From the NCBI GenBank assembly GCA_002385745.1, contig DGEC01000041.1, positions 14,172 through 78,171 on the forward strand: a DNA stretch of 64,000 nt, given 5' to 3'. This DNA comes from Firmicutes bacterium UBA3936 (GTDB taxonomy: Bacteria > Bacillota > Dethiobacteria > Dethiobacterales > Dethiobacteraceae). The position numbers and the translations under genes are program-made. Below are positions 35,942-46,216 of this stretch, piece by piece; the stretch's first letter is position 1, and the number at the start of each line of letters is the position of its first letter. The notes under the pieces were generated by a model, which worked only from the letters and a program-made list of their open reading frames with translations, was not told where the DNA came from and did not search any database.

Positions 35942-38042
35942 TTTTTCCGCTCCCTTCTATTTCAGCCTTCAGTTCCTTTTCAGGATACTCAATCCGTGTA
36001 TGGTATATTCCGGAAAGTATTTTAACAAAGGTGTTGGCAATAATGTCCAACTCCTTATAGGTAATATCACACTGGTCGAACTGCCCGTCATCCAATTTTT
36101 CCTTGATTATCTTCCGGACAGTTGCCTCCAGGCGGCCCAGCGACGGCTTGGCAAGAGAACGGACAGCGGCCTCGACGGAATCTGCCAGCATTATTATGGC
36201 CGCTTCCTTTGTCTGGGGAGTAGGCGCTTCATAGCGAAAATCCTCTTCCCGGAGGCTGTCCCTGTCGCTGCTTTCTTTTTCCGCCTGTTTATAGAAAAAC
36301 GACACCAGGCTGTTGCCGTGATGCTGGACTATAATATCCCGGATGACCTTGGGCAATTTGTATTCCTTTGCCATTTCCAGGCCGTCTTTGATATGGGAAG
36401 TTATAATCAGAGTACTTAAATTCGGGGAAATCCTTTCATGGGGATTGCCGCCCAGCTGGTTTTCTATAAAGAAGTAGGGCCTTTTAAGCTTGCCGATATC
36501 ATGATAAAAAGCACCCACCCTGGTCAAAAGCGGGTCCGCGCCGACAGCCTCGGCGGCAGCTTCCGCCAGGTTGGCCACCAGCAGGCTATGGTGGTAAGTT
36601 CCCGGGGCCTCCATTAACAGCTGTTTCAGCAGGGGGTGGCCCGGATCGGATAATTCCAGCAGGGTAACCGGAGTGGTTAGGCCAAAGGCGCTCTCCAGGT
36701 AAGGAAGAAGGCCTATAGCCATGACAGCGGAAAAAATTCCGTTGCCAACAGCCGCCAAAGTGTTAAGGCCAAATTCCCGTAAAACATCATAGCCGAAACG
36801 CAGTGTACCGCCATAGAGAAAAAGCCCCATATAGGTAAAAACGTTAACTGCCGCCACATACAGCCCTGCCCTTGCCAAATCGGAGCGGCGATGCAGCCGG
36901 CTCACGCTGTAGGCGGCAACCAGGCCGCCGAAGAGGGCAACCAGCATTAAGCGGAAATCATTTCCCGTGGTAATAACTACAAAAACGGCAAAAACAATAC
37001 TCATCAGCAATGCCAGCCCGCCGTCCAGCAGGATGGCAATCAGTATCACACCCATTGCCACGGGTATCAGGTAGCCGGAAAAATAGTTAGCGGCAATGGA
37101 AAAAATAAGGGTCAAAACGGTAATCAGCCCCAAAAGGAAAAGACGTTTATTGTCATTATAAATAGCCGGCCGGAAAATATAACAAAAAAGCCCAATAACC
37201 AGAAACAGCAGCAGTAGAATAAAAGCAAGCCCGAAAAAGACGGGGTAGCCGGAAACGCCGCGCAGAAGCCCAAGGGCTTCCAGCTGCTCCAGGTGCCGCT
37301 GGGTAACAATTTCATCCTCTCTGATGATTTCCGTTCCTTCCAGGATCCGCACCGGTTCTACCGCCGCCCTGGCAGCTTCCCTGGCTTTATTTGTTGCCTC
37401 GGCATTGTAAATCATATTGGGTTCGATTACCGCCTCTGCCAGTCTTACCATCACCCGCTTTTGATCCTGTTCAAATATAAGAAAGCTTATTTCCTGCAAA
37501 GCCTGCCGGCGGGCCGTCTCAAGGCCGCCCGGCTTTACACCCTGCTGCAGGATTGCCTGCAGCACCTCCATGAGCTGTTGCTGCATTTCATTGAGATCGG
37601 AATTGCGGGCAGCTAAAAGTGAAACTGCCAGCTGCTCCGTCATTTCTATGTCTTCGATGGCAAGCAGCCTGTTTATTTTTTCTTCATCATCAACCGGCAG
37701 TGAGCGTATTGTTTTCACATTTTGAAAGAAAGCTGCGACCTGCTCTTCCGTATGAACCAAAACAGAGGGGTCATAATCATATGATTCGGCAACCTCCCGG
37801 GCAGCTTCTTCCTGCAAGCGTTCCGTTGCATAAATATCGATGGCATTCCACTCCGCCACGATGCGCCGGGGACTGGGTTTGCCCAGTTTCAGGTCGACCC
37901 TGGCTGAGATAACACTTAAAGACAGGATGGCTAAAATAAGAGCGTAAAAAAAGGCGGTTAGAATTAAGCGCTGCCAGCTTGAACTAACAGTAAACGGAAT
38001 TTTTCCCCTGATGTTTCCCAGTAATTTGTTTATATCCATCAT
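35922..38042 (-). CDS. pgpH: 7TM-receptor HD-domain phosphohydrolase (YqfF/PgpH family)
   Basis: 706 aa with an extracellular domain, 7 TM and an HD domain (HHSLLVANLAE...FYHDIGK). Confidence 0.85.
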   Translation of the reverse strand: MMDINKLLGNIRGKIPFTVSSSWQRLILTAFFYALILAILSLSVISARVDLKLGKPSPRRIVAEWNAIDIYATERLQEEAAREVAESYDYDPSVLVHTEEQVAAFFQNVKTIRSLPVDDEEKINRLLAIEDIEMTEQLAVSLLAARNSDLNEMQQQLMEVLQAILQQGVKPGGLETARRQALQEISFLIFEQDQKRVMVRLAEAVIEPNMIYNAEATNKAREAARAAVEPVRILEGTEIIREDEIVTQRHLEQLEALGLLRGVSGYPVFFGLAFILLLLFLVIGLFCYIFRPAIYNDNKRLFLLGLITVLTLIFSIAANYFSGYLIPVAMGVILIAILLDGGLALLMSIVFAVFVVITTGNDFRLMLVALFGGLVAAYSVSRLHRRSDLARAGLYVAAVNVFTYMGLFLYGGTLRFGYDVLREFGLNTLAAVGNGIFSAVMAIGLLPYLESAFGLTTPVTLLELSDPGHPLLKQLLMEAPGTYHHSLLVANLAEAAAEAVGADPLLTRVGAFYHDIGKLKRPYFFIENQLGGNPHERISPNLSTLIITSHIKDGLEMAKEYKLPKVIRDIIVQHHGNSLVSFFYKQAEKESSDRDSLREEDFRYEAPTPQTKEAAIIMLADSVEAAVRSLAKPSLGRLEATVRKIIKEKLDDGQFDQCDITYKELDIIANTFVKILSGIYHTRIEYPEKELKAEIEGSGKNAGLNE

Positions 38043-38044
38043 AA

Positions 38045-39037
38045 CTAGTCACCACGCTTGTCTTCATATTCGGCATAAGCACGGATAATCTTCTGTACCA
38101 GGGGATGCCTCACCACATCCTTTTCAGTCATGTAAACAAACTCTATGCCGGCAATGCCTTTTAAAATTTTCTGCACCTCGTTAAGACCGGAATACCGGCC
38201 CCGCGGCAGATCTACCTGGGTTATATCTCCGGTGATAACCGCCTTGGAATTAAATCCCAGGCGGGTTATAAACATTTTCATCTGTTCAGACGTTGTATTC
38301 TGGGCTTCATCAAGGATAATAAAGGAATCATCAAGAGTCCTTCCTCGCATATAGGCAAGGGGAGCGATTTCAATCATGCCCTTTTCCATATAGCCGCGGT
38401 AAACGTCAGCTCCCAACAGGTCATAGAGCGCGTCATAGAGAGGACGCAAATAAGGGTCCACCTTTTCCTGCAAATCTCCGGGTAAAAAACCCAGGTTTTC
38501 ACCGGCTTCCACTGCAGGCCGGGTCAGAATCAGGCGCTGGACACTGCGCTCCTTCAACGCCTTAACTGCCATGGTCATAGCGATGTACGTCTTGCCCGTC
38601 CCGGCAGGTCCTATGCAAAAAACAATATCATTATTACGGATGGCATCAAGATATGCTTTCTGAGCAATGGTTTTGGGTTTTATTTTTTTACCGCGCGGCG
38701 TGACAAAGACCATATCGGTAAACAAGCTGCGCAGCTTGTCAGCTTGTCCGTTTAAGATCAACTGAATAGCATATTCGACATCGGAAACAGCCAAAGTCCA
38801 GCCCTGGCGGATAAGCCAGAGCAGCTCATTAAGCAACAAAGCAGCCTGCCCGGCTTCCTTTTTGCTTCCCTCCACAACAACATTTTTGCCTTCCGGCCTC
38901 ACACGCACATTGAAATAACTGTCCAAAAGAGTGACATGCTGGTCAAACCTGCCCAAAAGGTTCTGCAGTTCCTCGTTGTTTTTTACGGCTACAACCAGCT
39001 TTTCCTCCTGGCCGGCAGTCGGTTGCCTTTCAGTCAA
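38045..39037 (-). CDS. phoH: PhoH-family ATPase
   Basis: Track ORF 38045-39157. The start is tentatively TTG 39037, 11 nt after GGAGG and overlapping the yqfD stop. Walker A GPAGTGKT, and ILDEAQN. Confidence 0.85.
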   Translation of the reverse strand: MTERQPTAGQEEKLVVAVKNNEELQNLLGRFDQHVTLLDSYFNVRVRPEGKNVVVEGSKKEAGQAALLLNELLWLIRQGWTLAVSDVEYAIQLILNGQADKLRSLFTDMVFVTPRGKKIKPKTIAQKAYLDAIRNNDIVFCIGPAGTGKTYIAMTMAVKALKERSVQRLILTRPAVEAGENLGFLPGDLQEKVDPYLRPLYDALYDLLGADVYRGYMEKGMIEIAPLAYMRGRTLDDSFIILDEAQNTTSEQMKMFITRLGFNSKAVITGDITQVDLPRGRYSGLNEVQKILKGIAGIEFVYMTEKDVVRHPLVQKIIRAYAEYEDKRGD

Positions 39038-40253
39038 ACGAACTTTCGCCTCCGTTTTTTGGTTTGCTGACTGCAATATCTTCCCGCGTTTCCAGGATGC
39101 AGCGGGCTCTAAACAATCCCTTTTTCTGCACCGGGAGTTCCTCCACTGTTTCATCAATTAATTCAGCATCGGCGGGCAATTGCAGTTCTGCCAGCTGCCT
39201 TGCCCTTGCAAGGGCAAGTTTTCTGGCCTGTTCTGCGGTTATTTCCTTTTTCTGCAGCTCAAGTTCATAAAAGGTTTCTGTAACAACTTCGACAGGCACA
39301 CGGATAATCCTTTCCAAAACCGGCTGCGACCTTATAACTTTCTCATAGCGGGCAAAGGGTATGCTGTCCCTGCCGACCCTCAAAACAGGCTGTCCCTCTA
39401 TGCAGAGAATCCGCCGTGAAATGCTGCGTCCGCTGCGCACCCTGACTGTTTCAGTTAATGAAGCCTCCCCATATCCTTCATACCAGACCCTGGCAATAAC
39501 CTTTCCCTGCGCATGAACCGGCTTGCTTTTCTGTTCTTCGCCTTCTGCTGCATACTGCGGATCCGGGCGGATAATGCCTTCTATCAGCAACTGGCCGCGC
39601 CTGACCGTTTCCTGCGGCTGCACCCTTGCTTCACCGACAAAAACAAGCACTTCCGTTACTAGGCCGTCCTTGGCGGCAACAAGATCGGCGGGTGCATCCA
39701 TCTCCGCCGGCTTATCAATTGCTTCCCTGACCTCGATAATTAACTTTGTCCCCACAAGCTGCAGCCCGACCCACTCCAGTCTCGGTTCCGCAAGCAGCAT
39801 CCGGTTGGCTACATCATCAATGTCCAAGTTCCGCCTCAGCCTGCCGGGTGTTGCCCCGGCCCGGGCTGCAAGTTCACGCAAATACCCGGAATCCAGCTTT
39901 TCATTGCCTGTGATCTGGATAAAAAGAATGAAAGAAGAAGCTGTATAAAGGCCAAGAATGAAAAAAATAAGCCCGAAAATCAAGCCGCGGCGGCGCAGCA
40001 GGCGATTGCACAGGAAAGGCAGGCCGGCTTTACCCAGAATATGCAAACGACAGCCCGTCCGCCGCGCCAGGTGGCGCAAACCGGCAAAACTGTCAACATC
40101 GGTTTTAAAAGTAAACTTGCCCGTGCCGTGTTTTATATCCCAGAGGGGGATTCCCTCCAGGGCGGCAAGATTAAAAAACTTCTCAGGGGCGGCGCCCGTT
40201 ATCCGTATTAATAAAAAACCTGTTAAGAAATAACGTAATTTTAGTATCGTCAC
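39030..40253 (-). CDS. yqfD: sporulation protein YqfD
   Basis: 407 aa, GTG start. ITGAAPEKFFNLAALEGIPLWDI N-terminus, central TM, and synteny after yqfC. Confidence 0.85.
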   Translation of the reverse strand: MTILKLRYFLTGFLLIRITGAAPEKFFNLAALEGIPLWDIKHGTGKFTFKTDVDSFAGLRHLARRTGCRLHILGKAGLPFLCNRLLRRRGLIFGLIFFILGLYTASSFILFIQITGNEKLDSGYLRELAARAGATPGRLRRNLDIDDVANRMLLAEPRLEWVGLQLVGTKLIIEVREAIDKPAEMDAPADLVAAKDGLVTEVLVFVGEARVQPQETVRRGQLLIEGIIRPDPQYAAEGEEQKSKPVHAQGKVIARVWYEGYGEASLTETVRVRSGRSISRRILCIEGQPVLRVGRDSIPFARYEKVIRSQPVLERIIRVPVEVVTETFYELELQKKEITAEQARKLALARARQLAELQLPADAELIDETVEELPVQKKGLFRARCILETREDIAVSKPKNGGESSFD

Positions 40254-40265
40254 GCCATAGCTCCC

Positions 40266-40556
40266 CTATACGGAATCAAGTTTATACTGAATTCCCAGGA
40301 TACTGCCGTCAATGGCTATTTCATCCTTATTCATATAGCGAATCACCAGATTTTCACCGCTGACGGCCAGTTCTCCGTCTGTCAGGGCTATTCGCACTTT
40401 TCCCCCTGTATAGGCAATAATTCCACCGTGATTTTCTATGTAACACTGCAAATTGCCGGTTATTGTCACCCGGGGCAAGTCAAGGATTATTTCGCGTGGC
40501 AGCTCAAATATATCCGCCAGTGGCCGGCGCCATTTTGAACCTGTCTTTTCACCCAC
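40266..40556 (-). CDS. yqfC: sporulation protein YqfC
   Basis: 96 aa. LPRVTITGNLQCYIENHGGIIAYT is typical of YqfC. GTG start. Confidence 0.85.
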   Translation of the reverse strand: MGEKTGSKWRRPLADIFELPREIILDLPRVTITGNLQCYIENHGGIIAYTGGKVRIALTDGELAVSGENLVIRYMNKDEIAIDGSILGIQYKLDSV

Positions 40557-40580
40557 GCTTTTCCCCCCAATCCTCCTTTC

Positions 40581-40610
40581 ATTTGTATGCTTTAGGGACG
40601 GTTGTTATGC
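40581..40610 (-). promoter_or_regulatory. sigma-E-like sporulation promoter candidate for yqfC-yqfD
   Basis: The minus strand reads GCATAAC-14 nt-CATACAAAT. B. subtilis yqfCD is mother-cell expressed. The leader would be very short. Confidence 0.3.
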
Positions 40611-40638
40611 AAAACGCCCCGTGCAGTGCACAGGGCGT
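40611..40638 (-). terminator. hairpin terminator after the yqfB-like gene
   Basis: ACGCCCTGTGCA/TGCACGGGGCGT imperfect stem followed by TTTT on the minus strand. Confidence 0.55.
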
Positions 40639-40650
40639 CTGTCATTTGTT

Positions 40651-41082
40651 TCAATTTCGCCGGAAGCGCCTTGCGGCAACGGGAGGGCCGAGTATTTCCG
40701 AAAAAATCACTGCTTTAACCAGTTCATGCCGTCCAAATAACGGCAAAACAGCATCTTCCCGCCTGGCAGCCGGCCGCTTGACGGGCTTTTCTCTCGCAGG
40801 CCGCCGCGGAGCGGAACGGGCGAAAAAAGCAGGCTCCGCTATAGTTGAGGCGGGAGAAGGCTTCTCTTCGGCCGGCAGCATATCCAGTTCGCTTTTGTCT
40901 TTTGGCAGCAGGTCAACAGGGATATATACAGGCCTTTCAAGTTCGTCCTCATGCTGCTGACTGCCTGCCGGCGGGACAGGACGCAGGGGTTTTTGTGTTT
41001 TTTGCCGTTTTTGCAGGCTTTCCGCAGCAGCGCTTAAAATTGAAAATATCAGAAACAGGACAAAAAGTACCAGAGCTCCCAT
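40651..41082 (-). CDS. hypothetical Pro-rich membrane-anchored protein (positional equivalent of B. subtilis YqfB)
   Basis: 143 aa. N-terminal TM MGALVLFVLFLIFSILSAAA followed by a low-complexity P/R/E-rich region. Lies between floA and yqfC. Confidence 0.5.
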   Translation of the reverse strand: MGALVLFVLFLIFSILSAAAESLQKRQKTQKPLRPVPPAGSQQHEDELERPVYIPVDLLPKDKSELDMLPAEEKPSPASTIAEPAFFARSAPRRPAREKPVKRPAARREDAVLPLFGRHELVKAVIFSEILGPPVAARRFRRN

Positions 41083-41103
41083 ATTGCCACCCCCCGGCGC
41101 AGA

Positions 41104-42084
41104 TTATTTTTCGTTCTTATCCTGGTCTTTGCCGCTTAATTTGGCGATGGAATCACGCATGTCGGTATCTGCCTGAATATTTTTCAAATTATAGTAATCC
41201 AAAATACCCAGCTTTCCTTCACGAAGCGCCTGGGCAAGGGCACGGGGCACTTCCGCTTCGGCTTCCACCACTTTGGCCCGCATTTCCTGCACGGCGGCCT
41301 TCATTTCCTGTTCGTAGGCCACGGCCATTGCCCTTCTTTCTTCCGCTTTGGCCTGGGCAATGCGCTTGTCGGCTTCAGCCTGGTCGGTCTGCAGCTGGGC
41401 ACCCACATTCTTGCCAACATCAACATCGGCAATATCAATGGACAGGATTTCGAAAGCCGTGCCGGCGTCAAGCCCTTTATCCAGCACCGTTTTAGAGATT
41501 AAGTCGGGATTCTCCAGCACGCTTTTGTGGTTTTCAGCAGAACCAATGGTGGTTACAATACCTTCCCCGACCCGGGCAATAATGGTTTCTTCGCCGGAGC
41601 CGCCTACCAGGCGTTCAATATTGGCCCGAACGGTAACCTGGGCTTTGGCCTTCAGTTCAATGCCGTCCTTGGCAACGGCCGCCACAACGGGAGTTTCAAT
41701 CACCCGCGGATTGACGCTAACCTGCACCGCCTGCAGCACATCGCGCCCGGCCAGATCAATGGCCGCCGCCCTTTCAAAACCCAGATCAATGCCGGCGCGC
41801 TGCGCCGCTATCAGGGCATTGGTAACCCGGTCCACATTGCCGCCTGCCAGGTAATGGCTTTCCAGCTGGTCAATTTTTAAGTCCAGCCCGGCCTTTGTAG
41901 CACGAATCAGGGGATTAATAATTCTGGCCGGCGGTACCCGCCGCAGGCGCATGGCAACCAGGGTAAAAAGACTTACCCTGACACCGGCAAACCAGGCGGA
42001 AATCCAAAGACCGACAGGAACAATACTAAACAGCAGCGCCAGCAAAAAGACAATCAGGCCAATAAGAATTAACAGTTCAGGCAT
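41104..42084 (-). CDS. floA: flotillin-like protein FloA (UPF0365/YqfA)
   Basis: 326 aa. [13 protein letters not shown]...MRLRRVPP...[14 protein letters not shown]...[25 protein letters not shown]. Confidence 0.9.
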   Translation of the reverse strand: MPELLILIGLIVFLLALLFSIVPVGLWISAWFAGVRVSLFTLVAMRLRRVPPARIINPLIRATKAGLDLKIDQLESHYLAGGNVDRVTNALIAAQRAGIDLGFERAAAIDLAGRDVLQAVQVSVNPRVIETPVVAAVAKDGIELKAKAQVTVRANIERLVGGSGEETIIARVGEGIVTTIGSAENHKSVLENPDLISKTVLDKGLDAGTAFEILSIDIADVDVGKNVGAQLQTDQAEADKRIAQAKAEERRAMAVAYEQEMKAAVQEMRAKVVEAEAEVPRALAQALREGKLGILDYYNLKNIQADTDMRDSIAKLSGKDQDKNEK

Positions 42085-42104
42085 TTTCGCAAACCTCCCG
42101 GTAT

Positions 42105-43373
42105 TTATTTGGGGCGAACTACCACCCTCGTACCTTCAACCTTTGCCACCTTTATCTTTACTCCCCGGTCAATAAAGCTGCCCTCACTCACTACATCAAT
42201 TCGCTCCCCGTCAAATTCCGCAAGGCCGGCCGGCCGCAGGACGGACAAAGTCACTCCTTCTTTGCCCACAAGCCTGGAATAATCGCCGGTACCCAGATAA
42301 CCGTCCTCGCTTTTTGCCGCATGCTGCAGGACAATTTGCGACCAAAGGAGAGATCTTTTCAGGTAGCGGTAAATAACGGCAATAACAAAAGCAGTCAACA
42401 CAATTGCAGCAATAAGTGTGCGTACACCCTGCCCCGTGCTGGCAGCGGAAAGGATAACCGAGGCGATTACGGCAACAAGGCCGCCGATGCCCAGGACACC
42501 GAAGCCGGGCATAAAGGCCTCCGCCAGCAGCAGGATAAGGCCGATTATAAACAGGAAGATTACTTCCCTGCCCGCCAGCCCCGCAAATATATGGCTGCCG
42601 AAGAAAAGGGCAAAAGCTAAAATACTTATTATTCCCGGCAGTCCGAAGCCCGCCACCAGTATTTCGATAACCAAAGCCGTGATGCCCACCGCCAAAATCA
42701 CCGGGGCAACGTAAGGGTTGGTTACAAAGCGGGCCAGGCGTTCCGCCAGAGTTATTTCAGCGATGAATTCCTCGGGATTATTTAGTCCCAAAAAATCATA
42801 AATCTCGGAACGGTCGGCAAACACACCGTCTGCAAAACCGATCTCCTCCGCCTCGGCAGCCGTCAGGGTCAGGGATTCGGTGGTCATGGCTACGGCTATT
42901 TTTTCATCCTTCCCCAGACGCTGGGCGGTGGTCCGCATTTTCCCTTCCCAGGCTTTTATAATTTTTTGATCAACTTCTCCGCCCGTTAATGTTCTTACCT
43001 CCGCCGCCCCTATGGTACTGCCCGGAGCCATAAACAGGGCATCACAGGATAAGGCAATAAAGGCGCCTGCCGAAAGGGCATTATAGCGTACATAGGCGTA
43101 AACGGGAACACCGGAATCATAGATCAGTTTTTGGATATTCTCGGCAGAAGCGACAAAACCTCCCGGCGTATCAATTTCCAAGATAATGGCAGCAGCCCCG
43201 TTTTCATTTGCCTCCCTGATTGTCCGCTGCAAATAGCGGTACAGCCCCTGCTCTACTTCCTTTTCCAGTTTAATCACATAGACTGCTTCACTTGCGGCAG
43301 CAGCCGGCAGAATAAAGGCGCAGGCAAAGAGATAAAAGAGCAGAATAAAAAACGTCAGAGCTCTTTTCCTCAT
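42105..43373 (-). CDS. NfeD-family membrane-bound ClpP-class serine protease (YqeZ-like)
   Basis: Track ORF 42105-43409. The start is moved to ATG 43373 after GGGGAGGA. It has a signal/TM segment, a ClpP-like domain, multiple TM segments, and a C-terminal NfeD OB domain. Confidence 0.8.
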   Translation of the reverse strand: MRKRALTFFILLFYLFACAFILPAAAASEAVYVIKLEKEVEQGLYRYLQRTIREANENGAAAIILEIDTPGGFVASAENIQKLIYDSGVPVYAYVRYNALSAGAFIALSCDALFMAPGSTIGAAEVRTLTGGEVDQKIIKAWEGKMRTTAQRLGKDEKIAVAMTTESLTLTAAEAEEIGFADGVFADRSEIYDFLGLNNPEEFIAEITLAERLARFVTNPYVAPVILAVGITALVIEILVAGFGLPGIISILAFALFFGSHIFAGLAGREVIFLFIIGLILLLAEAFMPGFGVLGIGGLVAVIASVILSAASTGQGVRTLIAAIVLTAFVIAVIYRYLKRSLLWSQIVLQHAAKSEDGYLGTGDYSRLVGKEGVTLSVLRPAGLAEFDGERIDVVSEGSFIDRGVKIKVAKVEGTRVVVRPK

Positions 43374-43427
43374 AGGCATCCTCCCCTGAGGCAGTATTGG
43401 TATTATCATTATACATCAACTTCCATA

Positions 43428-43459
43428 TAATAATACAGCAGGTCGTCTGCGACCTGCTG
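43428..43459 (-). terminator. hairpin terminator after rpsU
   Basis: ACAGCAGGTCG-caga-CGACCTGCTGT followed by an AT-rich tail. Confidence 0.6.
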
Positions 43460-43469
43460 TCAGGAAATT

Positions 43470-43655
43470 TCAAGCAAAGCGCCTTCTTTTATTCTTGCGG
43501 GCAGCCTCGGATTTCTTCTTGCGTCTCACACTGGGCTTTTCATAGTGCTCCCGCTTGCGCACCTCAGCCAAAATGCCTGTTCTTGCACATTGTTTTTTAA
43601 AGCGGCGGATCGCGCTGTCAAGTGTCTCATTTTTCCCCACTTTAATTACAGCCAA
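43470..43655 (-). CDS. rpsU: 30S ribosomal protein S21
   Basis: Track ORF 43470-43688. The start is moved to TTG 43655, 7 nt after GGAGGG, giving a 61-aa product (M)[41 protein letters not shown]... Confidence 0.9.
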   Translation of the reverse strand: MAVIKVGKNETLDSAIRRFKKQCARTGILAEVRKREHYEKPSVRRKKKSEAARKNKRRRFA

Positions 43656-43729
43656 CTGCTTTCCCTCCCCTCGTGCCATCCTGCGCATAATTGCCGGGAT
43701 GGAAGGGTATATAAAAAAGTACCTTTTTG

Positions 43730-43758
43730 ATTATATCCCTTTCAATATATTCTGTCAA
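43730..43758 (-). promoter_or_regulatory. consensus sigma-A promoter for rpsU
   Basis: The minus strand reads TTGACA-17 nt-TATAAT exactly. Confidence 0.65.
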
Positions 43759-43794
43759 CAAAAGTAAACGCCCTGAACTGCCTCAGGCGCCCCA

Positions 43795-44130
43795 TTAGGG
43801 AACAAATTTCTTTCCCGCCAGAATGTGAAAATGCAGGTGGCCGACTACCTGCCCGGCGGCTTCACCGCAGTTCGTAACAACCTTGTAGCCGCCGCTGACT
43901 CCAAGCCTGGCGGCAGTTTTCTGAATGCCTGAAAATATGCCGGCAGCCAGTTTTTCATCTGTTTCAGCAGGAAGGTCGTCAAGGGAGGCCAGATGTTTTT
44001 TGGCAACTACCAGAACATGGGTCGGCGCCTGGGGATTTATATCCTTAAAAGCCAGTACCTGTTCATCCTCATATACTACATCAGCCGGCAGCTCCCGGCG
44101 GATAATCCTGCAGAATACACAGTCTTCCAT
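43795..44130 (-). CDS. HIT-family (histidine triad) nucleotide hydrolase
   Basis: Track ORF 43795-44259. The start is moved to ATG 44130 after AAGGAG (MEDCVFCRII...). HLHFHIL triad. Confidence 0.85.
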   Translation of the reverse strand: MEDCVFCRIIRRELPADVVYEDEQVLAFKDINPQAPTHVLVVAKKHLASLDDLPAETDEKLAAGIFSGIQKTAARLGVSGGYKVVTNCGEAAGQVVGHLHFHILAGKKFVP

Positions 44131-44320
44131 ACAGACACTCCTTTTTTGCCTTTCCATAATTATACCATTACAACTCCCGGCTAGCAAACTTTTCCTTATA
44201 TTTTCCATCTGCGTGCCGGCATAACACTGTCTTGCTCTTTCCGGGAGAGAGACAGGCACAAGGGGAGTTTGCCGTCCATAATATAAATTAGCATTTCTGA
44301 CAGAAGGAGAAAAACAGATA

Positions 44321-45442
44321 ATGGGAAAAGAAGCAAGTACTTCATATTTTGCCGGCGGAAATACCGCTCAGGGTTTTATTTCACTCTTCCGCTACATACC
44401 CGGTTCTGAAACAAAACGCCTGCTGATAATTAAAGGAGGACCGGGAACAGGAAAATCCACTCTGCTGAAGCGGCTGCAGGCAAAAGCGCTTGCCGCCGGA
44501 CTTAAAACAGAATTGTTTTACTGTTCATCGGACCCGGCATCGCTTGACGGGCTTAGTGTGCCGGCTTTGGGTTTTGCCGCAGTGGACGGAACGGCCCCCC
44601 ACACCATGGACCCTGTCTTGCCCGGCGCATACGATGAAATTGTTGATTTTGGCCAATGCTGGCGAAAAGAGAAGCTGCAATCCAAAAGACATGTAATTGC
44701 CGAGCTTGCCGGCCGGAAAAGCTTGTGTTTTTCCCAGGCCTACCAGTATTTAAAAGAAGGAGCGGTGGTGCTGGACAAACTGCGGTGGCTGACGGCCAGG
44801 GCCATGGACTACAGGGCGGCTAACCGGATGGTACGGCGGTTGCTAGGGGAACTGGCGGACGCGCTGCCCCAAAAGGAAGAAGAACCAAAAGAACGCCAGC
44901 TTTTTGCCGGTGCCATTACTCCGAAAGGCTTTCTCAATTTTTATCCATCCATCTTTAAAGGCCTGGAGCGCTTTTACTACCTGACGGGAGAACCCGGCAC
45001 CGGAAAATCGTTTTTGCTGGGAAGAATCAGGCAAACAGTCAAAGATGCGGGATATCAGCTTTACACCTTCCGCTGCAGTTTTGACCCGCAGCGGGTAGAT
45101 GCCGTTGTCATACCGGCCATAAAAACGGCCTTTGTTAAAATGACCTACCCCCATACCTTTTCCCTGGATCCGCTGCAATTAGTGCGGGAACAGTCTACAA
45201 TTGCCCTTAACCGTTACATAAATACCGCTCTTTTTAAAAAGTACACTGCTGAAAGAACGGAAAACACGGAACGCTTCTGGTATTTGCTGGGCAAGGCGGT
45301 GGAATTTCTCCGCCACGCCAAACAGGCCCATGAAAAACTTGAGGAAATTTACAGGGAAGCAATGGACTACCGGTGTCTGGAAAAACTGCAGGGACAGCTC
45401 AGCGAAGAGTTGCTTGCCGATAACCACCTGCCTGGACAATAA
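44321..45442 (+). CDS. P-loop NTPase of unknown function with an internally duplicated module
   Basis: 373 aa. Two Walker A motifs (GGPGTGKS, GEPGTGKS), each embedded in a repeated FAG..T..GF...G.PGTGKS.LL.R...AG....F.CS.DP...D..(V/I)PA...A....T.PH unit. Confidence 0.6.
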   Translation: MGKEASTSYFAGGNTAQGFISLFRYIPGSETKRLLIIKGGPGTGKSTLLKRLQAKALAAGLKTELFYCSSDPASLDGLSVPALGFAAVDGTAPHTMDPVLPGAYDEIVDFGQCWRKEKLQSKRHVIAELAGRKSLCFSQAYQYLKEGAVVLDKLRWLTARAMDYRAANRMVRRLLGELADALPQKEEEPKERQLFAGAITPKGFLNFYPSIFKGLERFYYLTGEPGTGKSFLLGRIRQTVKDAGYQLYTFRCSFDPQRVDAVVIPAIKTAFVKMTYPHTFSLDPLQLVREQSTIALNRYINTALFKKYTAERTENTERFWYLLGKAVEFLRHAKQAHEKLEEIYREAMDYRCLEKLQGQLSEELLADNHLPGQ

Positions 45443-45465
45443 CTGCTGCCCAGGCAGTTTTTTTC
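45427..45465 (+). terminator. rho-independent terminator
   Basis: CTGCCTGG...CCAGGCAG stem followed by TTTTTTT. It overlaps the stop codon. Confidence 0.7.
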
Positions 45466-45541
45466 TCCTCATTGTCTGCCGGACCGGCATCGGATATAAT
45501 AATACCGGAAGGTAGAGTGTCTTTTTGCCCGGGGGTTTTCC

Positions 45542-46216
45542 ATGTACAAAGTATTAATCGTTGAAGACGAGATAAACCTGGCGGAGCTTTTGGCTGAAAA
45601 CCTGAAAAAATGGGGATATGCTGTCAGCTATATCACAGACTTCAACGATGTTTTCAGCCAGTTTCTTGTCTCCAGACCCGATCTGGTTCTTTTGGATATT
45701 TCACTTCCGTTTTACAATGGCTACTACTGGTGCGACAAAATAAGAAAAGTTTCCAATGTGCCAATTATCTTTCTGTCTTCGCACACGGAAAATATGAATA
45801 TTGTTATGGCCATGAATATGGGCGGCGATGACTATATCACCAAACCCTTTTCCTTTGACGTTGTTATCGCCAAGGTCCGGGCCATGCTCAGGCGCACCTA
45901 CCAGCTTAAGAGCGAACCGCAGCTTTTGTCAGCCGGGAAAGCAGTTTTGAATTTAAACGATGCAACCGTGAATTATGACGATAATAAAGTTGAGCTGTCC
46001 AAAAACGAATTTAAAATTATGCAAATGCTGTTGGAAAATAAAAACCGGCTTGTAACACGGGAACAACTGATGAAAAGATTGTGGGATAGCGACTGTTTTA
46101 TTGATGATAATACACTAACGGTAAATGTCAACCGGCTGCGCAGGCGACTTGAGGAAATAGGCATTTATGACTTAATTGTTACCAAGAAGGGTATGGGGTA
46201 CATTGTTTACGATTAA
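45542..46216 (+). CDS. OmpR-family response regulator (BceR-like)
   Basis: Canonical receiver (VEDE, DLVLLDISLP, ITKPF) plus a winged-helix output domain. Confidence 0.85.
   Translation: MYKVLIVEDEINLAELLAENLKKWGYAVSYITDFNDVFSQFLVSRPDLVLLDISLPFYNGYYWCDKIRKVSNVPIIFLSSHTENMNIVMAMNMGGDDYITKPFSFDVVIAKVRAMLRRTYQLKSEPQLLSAGKAVLNLNDATVNYDDNKVELSKNEFKIMQMLLENKNRLVTREQLMKRLWDSDCFIDDNTLTVNVNRLRRRLEEIGIYDLIVTKKGMGYIVYD

Noticed and set aside
44131-44259. Long N-terminal extensions offered by the ORF track. Examples: HIT 44259, FGE 51291, CD3324-like 53787, NuoF::GltD 60031, glyS 29915, cbiB 21116, cobD 22183, tkt-C 13901, phoH 39157.
   Set aside because: The extensions overlap upstream genes or lack an SD. 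Internal starts with good SDs reproduce the family-typical N-termini.
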